DNA of 64,000 bases, taken from assembly GCA_964623775.1 (NCBI GenBank), contig CAZUVH010000001.1:155745-219744 (forward strand). The letters are read 5' to 3'. Under the pieces are notes generated by a model. That model did no database searches. It saw nothing but the letters and a program-made list of their open reading frames with translations, and was not told the origin of the DNA. This DNA is from an uncultured Candidatus Saccharibacteria bacterium (GTDB taxonomy: Bacteria; Patescibacteriota; Minisyncoccia; Phycocordibacterales; UBA2100). Position 1 is the first letter of the stretch, and every line of letters begins with the position of its first letter. Positions 1 to 10,157 of the stretch are shown here, one piece after another. The translations under genes were made by a program, and so were the position numbers.

Positions 1-1008
1 AGGCTGCAATCGCGGGTAGGTGTCGTTTCAAAAAAGGAAGTAGCGACTCGTCTCTATACGCACAATGAGAATGTCGATCGTATCAATACCGAGTCACTCG
101 AGAAAATCGGCGGATCGAAACGTGTGTACCACATGACATCACGCGGTCCGGCGGCACTCGTAGAGGCGCTCAAGAAAAATTGCCTTTCTCCCGAGACGCT
201 CGAACTCAAAATCGGTGCGGCGGTCATGTTTACCCGCAATAATTTCGAAGCAGGATACGTCAACGGCACACTGGGTACCGTTATCGACTTTTCTCCACTT
301 GGCGCACCCGTCGTGAAGACGAAAAATGGCACAGTCACGGCGACAGAAGAAATGTGGGAAGTGATGGATGGAAATAAAATTCTCGCCAAGATCACGCAGA
401 TACCGCTCCGCCTCGCGTGGGCGATCACCGTGCACAAAAGCCAGGGTATGTCGCTTGATGCGGCGATCATCGACCTTTCGCAGGCGTTTGAATACGGCCA
501 AGGGTATGTGGCAATCTCGCGCGTGCGCACACTCGAGGGGCTTTTCCTCGAAGGCTTCAACGAACGCGCGCTGGAGCTGCACCCCAAGGTCGCGGCAGCC
601 GACCGGCACTTCCGTGCGTATTCTGATGCAGCGCGCAAGAAATTTGCCGTATTTCCGACGAGCGAGAAGGTGAATCTCGAGAAGAATTTCCTCCGCGCGA
701 TTGGCGCGGATGACCCTGAAGCCGTCGCGATCAAAAAACAGATCAGCAGGATGCACATCGAAGGCGGGGGAAAGCTCTCTGCGCTTCGCGAGAAGCACTC
801 GAATGCATACAAAAAATGGACTGAAGACGAAGATGCGGGTTTGGAAAAAATGTTTCGCGAGAAAAAAGAGCAAAAAGAAATGGCGGAGGTACTAAGGCGG
901 CAGCCATCGGCAATAAATGGCCGCCTCATGCACCTCGGTCTCATTCCAAACCCCTGGGCCGAAAGGAATAAAGCGCGCGCAGACAAAAAAAGGAGGAAGA
1001 AGAAATAG
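1..1008 (+). CDS. C-terminal part of an ATP-dependent DNA helicase, PIF1/RecD-like (5' end lies outside the window)
   Basis: Frame 1 is open from position 1. The helicase C-terminal motif ITVHKSQG with AISRVR lies inside it. A Lys/Arg-rich tail ends at TAG 1006-1008. Confidence 0.6.
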   Translation, partial: RLQSRVGVVSKKEVATRLYTHNENVDRINTESLEKIGGSKRVYHMTSRGPAALVEALKKNCLSPETLELKIGAAVMFTRNNFEAGYVNGTLGTVIDFSPLGAPVVKTKNGTVTATEEMWEVMDGNKILAKITQIPLRLAWAITVHKSQGMSLDAAIIDLSQAFEYGQGYVAISRVRTLEGLFLEGFNERALELHPKVAAADRHFRAYSDAARKKFAVFPTSEKVNLEKNFLRAIGADDPEAVAIKKQISRMHIEGGGKLSALREKHSNAYKKWTEDEDAGLEKMFREKKEQKEMAEVLRRQPSAINGRLMHLGLIPNPWAERNKARADKKRRKKK

Positions 1009-1064
1009 TGGCGTGTTCAGGAGGCTGGTGGTATGGTAGCGGCTGGAAAGAGAAGGAGAGCGCG

Positions 1065-1421
1065 ATGTACGATATCGCAGCAGGAAGTTTCGATGATGGG
1101 GTCGAAATCTTTGATGAGTTCGAAAGGACCATCCGAAGGAACCAGCGATTCTTGAGTGATGCAAAGAACTTTGCATGCAAGATCGCCCCAAAAAATCTCA
1201 AGGTTTCCGCCGTTCCAAAAATGCTTCCTCGTACCGCATTGCCCACGGATCGCGGTATACGACTGCAATTCAATGACGGACGGTGGGTCGACCTCGTTGC
1301 AGAAGAGGAGCGATTCTCAGTCCAGCGTAGTTGCGGCTTCCACCTCATGCAGCCGTGGAATGAAGATTCGATCGAGCATGTAAGGATCGCAATCAAAGGT
1401 TTTTTCCTTCAACACAGATAG
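1065..1421 (+). CDS. hypothetical protein
   Basis: ATG at 1065 is preceded by AAGGAG 6 nt upstream. An alternative GTG at 1008 overlaps the helicase stop. An intrinsic terminator follows directly. Confidence 0.4.
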   Translation: MYDIAAGSFDDGVEIFDEFERTIRRNQRFLSDAKNFACKIAPKNLKVSAVPKMLPRTALPTDRGIRLQFNDGRWVDLVAEEERFSVQRSCGFHLMQPWNEDSIEHVRIAIKGFFLQHR

Positions 1422-1426
1422 CCACT

Positions 1427-1457
1427 AAGCCCGACCTCGTCGTCGGGCTTCTCTTTT
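1427..1457 (+). terminator. rho-independent terminator
   Basis: Hairpin aagcccgacctcgtcgtcgggctt followed by ctctttt. Confidence 0.6.
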
Positions 1458-1606
1458 ACGACCCCGCCCGAAGAGGGCGCCCCGAGTATACGGGGGCAAA
1501 TGCACTTGATGCATTTGCGGGGAGTGCCGAAACGAGCTCGTTTCGGCGAGGTACCGGCCATTTGCGCGGGTCGCCGGGTACGGGAAGTTTTGCTACGATA
1601 CGTCTA

Positions 1607-4546
1607 ATGGCTGAAAACCAAGAAAAAATAACAAAATCAGAGGTCGCACTCCGGGAAGAGGAGACACTCAAATTCTGGCAGGAGAACGACATCTTCAAAA
1701 AATCTCTCGGAAAAGGTGCCACGAAGGGCGAGTTTGTTTTTTATGAGGGTCCGCCGACGGCCAATGGTCGTCCTGGCATCCATCACCTTGAAAGCCGCGC
1801 GTTCAAGGACTCGATACCGCGCTACCGCACGATGCGTGGCTATCATGTCCGTCGCAAAGCAGGGTGGGACACACACGGGCTTCCGGTCGAGCTCGGTGTA
1901 GAGAAAGAGATCGGTGCCAAGAGCAAAAAGGATATCGAAGCGTTCGGTATCGCGGAATTCAACAAAAAATGCAAAGAAAGCGTCCTCCAATACATCGATG
2001 AGTGGAAGGCATTCACGGATCGGATCGCCTTTTGGGTGGACCACGACAGCACGTATTTCACGTTCGACAATACATACATTGAGTCGGTCTGGAGTATTTT
2101 GAAGGTCGCGCACGAGAGGAAACTTCTCTACAAGGACTACAAAATTCTTCCGTGGTGCCCACGCTGCGGCACAGGACTCTCAAGTCATGAGGTCGCTCAG
2201 GGGTACAAAGATGTCAAAGATATCGCGGTGACGGTCAAATTTGAAGCTGCTGATACGCCCGGCACATATTTCCTGGCATGGACGACGACGCCGTGGACGC
2301 TCCCCGGTAATGTCGCACTCGCCGTCGGGGCCGAAATCACGTATGTGAAGGTCACGAACGAGTCGGGATCGTACATTCTCGCAAAAGAAGCGTATGAGAA
2401 AACAAAAGAGGCTTTTCACCCCACACAGGCCGTCGTCGAGATGAAAGGTCATGAGCTTGTCGGCGCCTCCTACAAGCCGCTTTTCGACTACTACGTAAAA
2501 GACGAAAAATTGAAGAACCGGGAAAATGGCTGGAAAGTGTATGCGGCCGATTTCGTGACCTCTGACAGCGGTACGGGCATCGCACACGAAGCGCCTGCGT
2601 TTGGTGCCGACGACTGGGAGTTGTCCAAAAAATTCAATCTTCCGTTTGTACAGCACGTAAATCCGGACGGTACGATGAAATCGGAAGTCACGGCATTTGC
2701 GGGTATGGATGTGAAGCCGAAATCCGACGATGACAAAACGCGTCTGGGCACTGACATTGAGGTACTGAGGTATCTCCAAGAAAATAATCTGTTTTTCTCG
2801 AAGGAAAATATCACACACTCGTACCCACACTGCTGGCGCTGCAATACGCCGCTTCTTTATTACGCTACATCCTCGTGGTACATCGCGGTGACCAAAATAA
2901 AAGACGATTTAATTCGGGAGAACGAGGAGATTTTCTGGGAACCTGAACACATCAAGAAAGGTCGTTTCGGAGAGTGGCTCCGTGAACTCAAAGATTGGGC
3001 AATCAGTAGGTCGCGCTATTGGGGGACACCGCTCCCGATCTGGGAGTGCGGGGAATGCAAACATTTTGATGTGATCGGCTCGATCGCACAGCTAAAAGAG
3101 AAGGCCGGGAGCGCTCCGAATGATCTGCACCGCCCCTATGTCGATGATCTTTCGTACCCTTGCACAAAGTGCGACAACACCATGAAACGTGTCCCGGAGG
3201 TGCTCGATGTGTGGTTTGATTCTGGTGCGATGCCGTTTGCGCAAGATCACTATCCTTTCGCTACGAAAGATGTTCTGTATCCCGCCGATTTTATCTCCGA
3301 GGCGATCGACCAGACGCGAGGGTGGTTTTATACGCTCCATGCGGTGGGCGGCATTATGGGTCGCGGCAAGGCGTATAAAAATGTCGTCTGTCTCGGACAC
3401 ATCTTGGATGCCAATGGTAAGAAAATGTCGAAATCGGTCGGCAATATTGTCGAGCCAAACAGTATGATCAATAAGTACGGCGTCGATGCGCTTCGGTACT
3501 TCATGTTTACCGTCAGTGCACCTGGAGATTCAAAGAATTTTGACGAACGGATCGTTGACGAGATCGTTAAGAAGAATTTTGGTCGCCTCGGCAACGTGCT
3601 CGCTTTCTGGAAGCTCTACGACGACGGTACGCCGCGCGACTGGAAGAGTGCCAATGTGCTCGATCGTTGGATACTCGCGCGACTCGATCAATTGATCGTC
3701 GAAGTAACCGCGGGATTTGAGAAGTACCAGCTCGACAGCGCGACACGCCCGATCGCGGGATTTATCGACGATCTCTCGGTGTGGTACCTCCGCAGAAGTC
3801 GTGATCGATTCTCCGCCAAAGGCGGATCCGCCTCGGGCGGAAAGGACACGGAAGCTCTCCTCAAAGATAAACATAATGCACTTGCGACCATGCGCTACGT
3901 ATTGCACCGTCTCGCGCTCGTGATGGCGCCGACGATGCCTTTCTTTGCCGAGTATCTTTTTCAGGCGGTCCGTGAGGGTGAAGATGAGGAGAGCGTGCAT
4001 CTCGCGCAGTGGCCCGATGCGAGCGCGACACCCAATTTTATAGAGCGCATGCTTGGGCGGGGTAGTGAGAACGAAAAACTTATCGCCGCAATGAAAGTGG
4101 CGCGCGATATCGTCACGCAGGCGCTTGAGGCGCGCGAAAAGGCCGGTATTAAAGTGCGCCAGCCGCTCTCTACTCTCACTATTAATGTCGAAGTACCCCA
4201 AGAGCTTCGTCCGGTCATTGCCGACGAGGTCAATGTAAAATCGATCGTCATCGGTACCACGGTCGCACTCGACACGACGATAACGGAAGAATTAAAAGAA
4301 GAAGGCTTTGTCCGCGAACTGATCCGCGAGATCCAATCTGCGCGAAAGGAGACAGGACTTCACCCGCAGGATTTGGCTGTCGTCACGCTCGGCGGCGACA
4401 CCGAGGCGCGGCGCCTTATAGAAAAATATGATTCGAAAATCCGTTTAACCGTCAATGCAAAAGATATTGTCCTCGAGGGAGCGGGTGAGGGCGGCAAATC
4501 GGTCGCCGGATTCCGAATCTCGATTTCTCTGACGACTGTGTATTGA
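1607..4546 (+). CDS. ileS: isoleucyl-tRNA synthetase
   Basis: Class I aaRS with PPTANGRPGIHH (HIGH region), WDTHGLPVE and KMSKSVGN. About 980 aa is typical of IleRS. Alternative upstream start at 1562. Confidence 0.88.
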   Translation: MAENQEKITKSEVALREEETLKFWQENDIFKKSLGKGATKGEFVFYEGPPTANGRPGIHHLESRAFKDSIPRYRTMRGYHVRRKAGWDTHGLPVELGVEKEIGAKSKKDIEAFGIAEFNKKCKESVLQYIDEWKAFTDRIAFWVDHDSTYFTFDNTYIESVWSILKVAHERKLLYKDYKILPWCPRCGTGLSSHEVAQGYKDVKDIAVTVKFEAADTPGTYFLAWTTTPWTLPGNVALAVGAEITYVKVTNESGSYILAKEAYEKTKEAFHPTQAVVEMKGHELVGASYKPLFDYYVKDEKLKNRENGWKVYAADFVTSDSGTGIAHEAPAFGADDWELSKKFNLPFVQHVNPDGTMKSEVTAFAGMDVKPKSDDDKTRLGTDIEVLRYLQENNLFFSKENITHSYPHCWRCNTPLLYYATSSWYIAVTKIKDDLIRENEEIFWEPEHIKKGRFGEWLRELKDWAISRSRYWGTPLPIWECGECKHFDVIGSIAQLKEKAGSAPNDLHRPYVDDLSYPCTKCDNTMKRVPEVLDVWFDSGAMPFAQDHYPFATKDVLYPADFISEAIDQTRGWFYTLHAVGGIMGRGKAYKNVVCLGHILDANGKKMSKSVGNIVEPNSMINKYGVDALRYFMFTVSAPGDSKNFDERIVDEIVKKNFGRLGNVLAFWKLYDDGTPRDWKSANVLDRWILARLDQLIVEVTAGFEKYQLDSATRPIAGFIDDLSVWYLRRSRDRFSAKGGSASGGKDTEALLKDKHNALATMRYVLHRLALVMAPTMPFFAEYLFQAVREGEDEESVHLAQWPDASATPNFIERMLGRGSENEKLIAAMKVARDIVTQALEAREKAGIKVRQPLSTLTINVEVPQELRPVIADEVNVKSIVIGTTVALDTTITEELKEEGFVRELIREIQSARKETGLHPQDLAVVTLGGDTEARRLIEKYDSKIRLTVNAKDIVLEGAGEGGKSVAGFRISISLTTVY

Positions 4547-4552
4547 GTAGGT

Positions 4553-5128
4553 ATGTATCAGAAATACCAGACAGATGCGCTCGTGCTCAGCTCTCGCGAG
4601 AGCGGAGAGCTGGACAAAGTGTACGCGCTCTACACCAGGGATTTTGGACTCGTGCGCGCGAGAGCGACGGCGGTGCGCAGTGAGAAGTCCAAAATGCGCT
4701 ATGCGCTGCAGAATTATTCGCGAGCATCGCTCTCGCTCGTACGCGGCAAGCGCGGATGGCGAGCAGCGGGCGCGATAGCACTCACTACGCCGATCGATAA
4801 GGATATGGCTGCCATAGCCGCTTTTGCCCGAATCTCGGAGCTTGTGACGCGTCTTGTGCATGGCGAAGAGAAAAATGAGTATCTCTTTGCCGCGCTCGTG
4901 GAGGCGCACGACGCTTTCATGAAAGAAAAATGCGAGGCGGTAGGCATGATCGAGATCGTCTGCGTCGCACGCATTCTCTACGCACTCGGATACATTTCTA
5001 CGGAAGCGCTCTCGACCGCATTGTTTAGCCACACTGCGTACACGGGGGAGTCTCTGCTCGAGGCCGAGACCATGAAAGACACCCTGCTCTCGTCAATCAA
5101 TCGCGCGATTTCAGAAACTCACCTCTAG
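4553..5128 (+). CDS. recO: DNA repair protein RecO-like (short form)
   Basis: N-terminus ALVLSSRESGELDKVYALYTRDFGLVRARA resembles the RecO OB-fold N-terminus. It sits 7 nt after the ileS stop. Confidence 0.5.
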   Translation: MYQKYQTDALVLSSRESGELDKVYALYTRDFGLVRARATAVRSEKSKMRYALQNYSRASLSLVRGKRGWRAAGAIALTTPIDKDMAAIAAFARISELVTRLVHGEEKNEYLFAALVEAHDAFMKEKCEAVGMIEIVCVARILYALGYISTEALSTALFSHTAYTGESLLEAETMKDTLLSSINRAISETHL

Positions 5129-5197
5129 AACTCAGTAGAGCAGGGGCGTGCCTCCCGTGTCGCAGATGTGGCTCTAAGGGGATGATATTATTTCAAG

Positions 5198-7261
5198 ATG
5201 GACTTTAAGAAGCCTCCGCGTCCGGAAAATCTCCAAAAACCGCCGGAGCCCGAGCGTCAGCCCGAGCTGCCACCAAATAGACCCGGCCCTTCGTCGGAGG
5301 TAGAGCGAATCGATCGCCTTCGCCGTGCGATGTACTCGCGGTCACTTTCAAAAAACCTCAAGGAGCGTGAGCGTAGGGAAATGGAGCCCACGAGGCCGAT
5401 TGTCGGCGAAGATTTCAAGGTGGGAGAGCTGGGAGTGCCCCAGGTGTCGGTCGCGCCAGGCGGCATTCTCTTTATGCGTAATATTTTGTGGTGGGTGCTC
5501 GGCGCTTCGATCCTCTTTTTCACCGGTACGATGATGTTTTTCGGGTACTATTTCTTTTTTGGTCAGGGAAGCATTGGTGCAGCTCCAGGCAATATTGATA
5601 TTGCGATCGCGGGTCCAGCGCAGGTTGCTGGCGGACAAGCATCTGCATTACAGATTGTTGTGACCAATCGCAACAACGTAGCGCTCAATCTCGCCGATCT
5701 CGTCGTGCACTTCCCAAAAGGTACACGCTCACCGACCGATTTCGTGACAGATGAGCCAGTGCTTCGCCAATCGCTCGGCACGATAGAGCCAGGTGGGCAG
5801 CGCCAAGGCACGGTAAAGGCCGTCTTTTCGGGCAAGGAAGGGGAAAAGGCGACCGTAAAGGTGGAGCTTGAATACCGGCTCGAGGGATCGGGCACTATTT
5901 ATGCGGCGGTGTCGGATTACACCCTGCAGTTTTCCTCGGCACCGATCGTCGTCTCCGTAGAAGGCAATTCTGAGACGATTTCCGATCAGCCAGTGCAATT
6001 TACGGTCACCGTCCAATCAAACACGAGTGCGCCCGTGCGCGACGTCGTGCTCAAAGCTGCATATCCGTTCGGCTTCAAGTTCTCGTCGTCCAATCCGGCT
6101 CCAAAGAGCGACGGATTCTGGGAACTCGGCGACCTTGCACCCGGAGGGAAACGCACCATCGTGATCCAGGGCAAGCTCTCGGGCGAAGCGTCGGATGAAC
6201 GCGTATTCAATTTTGTAGCCGGCACACGCAAAACCGCTGATGCGCAGCGCGTCGATACGCCTTTCCACGACACACCGTTCCATATGTCGATTTCGCAGCC
6301 GTTCCTCGGGCTCGTGATCGCGGTCAACAAAGCCACGGGGCAAAATATAATTGTTGGACCTGGCGACAATGTAAACATTTCTCTCAATTGGCAGAATAAT
6401 TTGAGTACGGCAGTCACTGACGCGGTTGTTGTCGCAAGACTCTCGGGTATACAGATCGACGGCTCAGGGGTGCGCACGACCGACGGATTCTATCGTTCTA
6501 CCGACTCGACGTTGATCTGGGACAAGACGACGACTGGTGGCGAGCTTGCCAGCCTCGCTCCGGGCGCACACGGCACGGTCGGATTCTCTTTCCAGATGCC
6601 GACAAGCGATGTTATCAACACGCTCCAAAATCCGTACCTCGAAATCACGGTCAACGCCTCAGGCAAGCGTGTTTCGGAAAGCGGCGTACCCGAAAACTTG
6701 CAGTCGACCTCGCGTCAGAAGATTGCGCTCGCGAGTGATCTGCAGTTTGTCGCACAGGGCCTGTACTACCAGAGTCCATTCGGATCCACCGGGCCGATAC
6801 CTCCCAAGGCGGGCACGGAGACGACATATGCAATGGTCTTTACAGTCAACAATACGACCAACAAGATCAACAGTGCCATCGTTACCGCGAAACTGCCGCC
6901 GTATGTGCGCTACGCCGGCCATTTCTCTCCAAATACCGAAGACGTTAAGTTCAACCAGAGCGACAATACGATGACCTGGAATCTCAATACGATCGAGCCG
7001 GGAGCGGGCCTAAACGGCGCACCGCCACGGCAAATGGCGATCGAGATCGGCTTTACGCCGTCGACGAGCCAAATCGGACAAGAGCCGCAACTCCTTCAGG
7101 ATATTATCCTGACGGGCATCGACGATTCGACTAAGGGTAAGATCACGCGCAGGGTCCCGCCGGTCACAACTAATCTCGCACTCACCTCAAAATCTTCTTC
7201 TGACATCGTGGTCGGTACGGACAAAGGTTTCAACTCCGCAAATGCGGCTGTAGTGAAATAA
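5198..7261 (+). CDS. hypothetical membrane-anchored exported protein with beta-rich repeat domains
   Basis: Pro-rich N-terminal tail of about 75 aa, one TM helix (ILFMRNILWWVLGASILFF) and about 560 aa rich in T/S/V/G predicted beta-strands. Confidence 0.55.
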   Translation: MDFKKPPRPENLQKPPEPERQPELPPNRPGPSSEVERIDRLRRAMYSRSLSKNLKERERREMEPTRPIVGEDFKVGELGVPQVSVAPGGILFMRNILWWVLGASILFFTGTMMFFGYYFFFGQGSIGAAPGNIDIAIAGPAQVAGGQASALQIVVTNRNNVALNLADLVVHFPKGTRSPTDFVTDEPVLRQSLGTIEPGGQRQGTVKAVFSGKEGEKATVKVELEYRLEGSGTIYAAVSDYTLQFSSAPIVVSVEGNSETISDQPVQFTVTVQSNTSAPVRDVVLKAAYPFGFKFSSSNPAPKSDGFWELGDLAPGGKRTIVIQGKLSGEASDERVFNFVAGTRKTADAQRVDTPFHDTPFHMSISQPFLGLVIAVNKATGQNIIVGPGDNVNISLNWQNNLSTAVTDAVVVARLSGIQIDGSGVRTTDGFYRSTDSTLIWDKTTTGGELASLAPGAHGTVGFSFQMPTSDVINTLQNPYLEITVNASGKRVSESGVPENLQSTSRQKIALASDLQFVAQGLYYQSPFGSTGPIPPKAGTETTYAMVFTVNNTTNKINSAIVTAKLPPYVRYAGHFSPNTEDVKFNQSDNTMTWNLNTIEPGAGLNGAPPRQMAIEIGFTPSTSQIGQEPQLLQDIILTGIDDSTKGKITRRVPPVTTNLALTSKSSSDIVVGTDKGFNSANAAVVK

Positions 7262-7286
7262 CGCTACGGTTTGCTATAGTCCTCAC

Positions 7287-8600
7287 ATGACTGAAGTGAC
7301 AATGGAAAAAATAGTTTCGCTCTGCAAACGCCGCGGATTTATATTTCCGGGATCTGAAATCTACGGAGGACTCTCCGGTACGTGGGACTACGGCCCGTTT
7401 GGCGTGGAGCTCAAGAATAATATAAAAAATCTCTGGTGGCGGATGTTTGTGCAGGATCGCGAAGACATGGTCGGCGTCGATGCGGCGATCATCATGAATC
7501 CCCGAGTGTGGGAAGCGAGCGGTCACGTGAGCGGCTTTTCTGACCCGCTCGTCGAGTGTAAAAATTGTAAAAATCGCTTTCGCGCTGATCATGTAGAGGA
7601 CCCGAATACCTGCCCCTCATGCGGCAAGAAGGGGACGCTCGGCGAGGCGCGTCAATTCAATATGATGTTCAAGACGCAAGTCGGTGCATCAGAAGATGCG
7701 TCGGCCGTCTCATACTTGCGTCCTGAAACTGCTGGCGGAATTTTCGTAAATTTCAAAAACGTGATCGATTCGCTCCATCCCAAATTACCATTCGGCATGG
7801 CACAGATAGGGAAGGCTTTTCGCAATGAGATCGCGCCACGCGACTTTATCTTTCGTTCCCGCGAATTCGAGCAAATGGAGATCGAATATTTCGTGCGTCC
7901 TGCGGAATGGGAAGAGTCGTTTGAGGAGTGGCGCAAGAATGTCCACGCATTCAATGAGGCAGCGGGAATCCCGCGTGACATGGTCCACGAGCTCGAAGTG
8001 GCCGATGGTGACCGCGCACACTACTCCAAGCGGACAATCGACTTTGAGTTTGATTTCCCATTCGGTCGCAAGGAATTGTATGGTCTCGCGTATCGCACCG
8101 ATTTCGACCTCTCCGCGCATGCCAAAGGTTCCAGCCAGAATCTGGGCATGCAAGATGAGGACGGACAGGCGATTCTGCCGCACGTCATCGAGCCGTCATT
8201 TGGCGTCGATCGCACGATTCTCGCACTCCTCGCTGCCGCATATACGGAAGACGAGTTAGGCGGCGAGCCGCGCACGTATCTCAAATTCAACAAAACTGTC
8301 GCACCGATCAAGGCTGCCGTCTTTCCGCTCCTCAAAAACAAGCCCGAGCTCGTCGCGAAGGCCCGTGAAGTGTATGCGGTGCTCAAAAAACAGGTGCCGC
8401 AGATCATGTGGGACGACAACGGCAATATCGGTAAGCGCTATCGTCGTCAGGATGAGATCGGTACGCCTGTGTGCATCACGATCGATTTCGATACGTTGGG
8501 TGAAAAGCCCGAGCTCAAAGACACGGTCACCGTGCGCGACCGCGACACTGGGGAGCAGGAGCGCGTCCATATCGGAGAGCTTGCGTCGCGTATACAATAG
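7287..8600 (+). CDS. glyQS: glycyl-tRNA synthetase (alpha2 type)
   Basis: IYGGLSGTWDYGPFGVELKNN and class II motifs. Size is 437 aa. Confidence 0.88.
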   Translation: MTEVTMEKIVSLCKRRGFIFPGSEIYGGLSGTWDYGPFGVELKNNIKNLWWRMFVQDREDMVGVDAAIIMNPRVWEASGHVSGFSDPLVECKNCKNRFRADHVEDPNTCPSCGKKGTLGEARQFNMMFKTQVGASEDASAVSYLRPETAGGIFVNFKNVIDSLHPKLPFGMAQIGKAFRNEIAPRDFIFRSREFEQMEIEYFVRPAEWEESFEEWRKNVHAFNEAAGIPRDMVHELEVADGDRAHYSKRTIDFEFDFPFGRKELYGLAYRTDFDLSAHAKGSSQNLGMQDEDGQAILPHVIEPSFGVDRTILALLAAAYTEDELGGEPRTYLKFNKTVAPIKAAVFPLLKNKPELVAKAREVYAVLKKQVPQIMWDDNGNIGKRYRRQDEIGTPVCITIDFDTLGEKPELKDTVTVRDRDTGEQERVHIGELASRIQ

Positions 8601-8626
8601 GAGTAGAACCCTTAGAGGAGGGTCAC

Positions 8627-9022
8627 ATGATCAAGCTTGCGCTCATGAGCGCAGGTAGCGCGCTCATTTTTTTTGTTACACACTGGCTTCATCCGGAGTT
8701 CGCAGTATTTGCGCTTGCCATGCTGCCGGTGGTTTTGATGGGGATCAACATGATTTTGTTACTCGTGTTTCTTTCCCGGTGTGAAATGGACGACTCGATC
8801 TCGCTTCTCCATACACTTGAAGTGAGTGTGTACACCCTCATGCTCACCACCTGCGGCTCTATGTTCAGCGGACAGGCACTTCTTTTGCAGGCGTCGGAAA
8901 ACGTCACGATACCATTTGTGGTGTTTATCACGGTGGCAGCATTTCTCGTCGGCCTCATCATAGGGATATGCATCTTGGTTTCGGACGTGAATCTGTGGGG
9001 CGAATCATCTTCGCCGGACTGA
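8627..9022 (+). CDS. hypothetical membrane protein
   Basis: Four predicted TM helices. A strong terminator follows. Confidence 0.45.
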   Translation: MIKLALMSAGSALIFFVTHWLHPEFAVFALAMLPVVLMGINMILLLVFLSRCEMDDSISLLHTLEVSVYTLMLTTCGSMFSGQALLLQASENVTIPFVVFITVAAFLVGLIIGICILVSDVNLWGESSSPD

Positions 9023-9060
9023 TGCCTCCGTGCTGTTTACGGCACGGAGGCATTCTTTTT
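9022..9060 (+). terminator. rho-independent terminator
   Basis: atgcctccgtgc-tgtttac-ggcacggaggcat followed by tcttttt. Confidence 0.65.
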
Positions 9061-9083
9061 AGCCAATATGCTAGGATTGTTGC

Positions 9084-10157
9084 ATGGAAGATCGCCATCT
9101 CAGTATCACGATAACGACAGGCACTATCCTCAAGGTAATTCTTGTGCTCGTCGGAGCATGGTTTCTGTACGTACTGCGCGACATTGTCCTGGTAGTCGTG
9201 ACCGCAATCGTGATCGCGTCGGCCATGGAGCCGGGTGTGCGTGGCCTCATGAGAAGGAAGATTCCTCGCGTACTTGCGGTAATTGTTGTATACGCTCTCG
9301 TCTTTGCGGTGTTTGCGGGCGTATTCTACCTTTTCCTACCACTCGTCCTCGAAGAGTTCGCCGGATTTATCGCGACACTGCCCGTGTATCTCGACTCATT
9401 TAGCCGGAGCGATCTTTTTGCGCAATACACCAATTTGCTCGGCCTACCGGCTTCCTCGGGCATTTCTCCCAACGATCTCATAGCAGCGGTGCGCGACGCT
9501 CTCAATCTGGGTGTATTTGATAACGCCTTCACCGCAGCAACGAGTATTTTCGGCGGATTCTTTTCATTCGTTTTGATTGTCGTGTTCTCATTTTATTTTG
9601 CTGTCGTAGAGACGGGTGTAGATGATTTCCTCAGAATCGTCTCTCCCAAAAAACATCAGGCGTACATCCTCGGTTTGTGGAAGCGTTCGCAGACCAAGAT
9701 CGGGCTTTGGATGCAGGGCCAGCTTATCCTTGCCCTCCTTATGGGAGTGCTTATCTTCCTCGCACTCACCATCTTTCGGGTCCCTCACGCGCTCATCCTT
9801 GCCGTTATCGCGGCTGTTTTTGAGATTATTCCAGTCTTCGGGCCGATCCTCGCCGCTATCCCAGGTGTGATTATTGCCTTTGCCGCAGGCGGCACGGGGC
9901 TCGGGCTCGTCGCAGTCGTTATCTACTTGCTCGCACAACAATTCGAAAATCACCTCATCTATCCACAGGTCGTCACACGCGTTGTGGGTGTGCCGCCGCT
10001 TCTTGTCGTACTCGCTCTTATTGTCGGCGCAGAGCTCGGAGGTTTCCTCGGGATCATCCTCTCGGTGCCCGCAGCGGCCGTCTTACAGGAGCTCGTGAGG
10101 GATATAGAGACAGGTCGTTGGAGGCAGCACGCAGAAGTGGCAGAATCGTCGGCATGA
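9084..10157 (+). CDS. AI-2E family transporter (PerM/UPF0118-like)
   Basis: Eight TM helices with topology and composition typical of the AI-2E family. Size is 357 aa. Confidence 0.65.
   Translation: MEDRHLSITITTGTILKVILVLVGAWFLYVLRDIVLVVVTAIVIASAMEPGVRGLMRRKIPRVLAVIVVYALVFAVFAGVFYLFLPLVLEEFAGFIATLPVYLDSFSRSDLFAQYTNLLGLPASSGISPNDLIAAVRDALNLGVFDNAFTAATSIFGGFFSFVLIVVFSFYFAVVETGVDDFLRIVSPKKHQAYILGLWKRSQTKIGLWMQGQLILALLMGVLIFLALTIFRVPHALILAVIAAVFEIIPVFGPILAAIPGVIIAFAAGGTGLGLVAVVIYLLAQQFENHLIYPQVVTRVVGVPPLLVVLALIVGAELGGFLGIILSVPAAAVLQELVRDIETGRWRQHAEVAESSA

Noticed and set aside
54-986. 310-aa - strand ORF and the overlapping 139-873 ORF
   Set aside because: They are antisense to the helicase C-terminal coding region, which has clear helicase motifs.
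2180-4201. - strand ORFs of 216 and 223 aa inside ileS
   Set aside because: They are antisense to a gene with unambiguous class I aaRS motifs.
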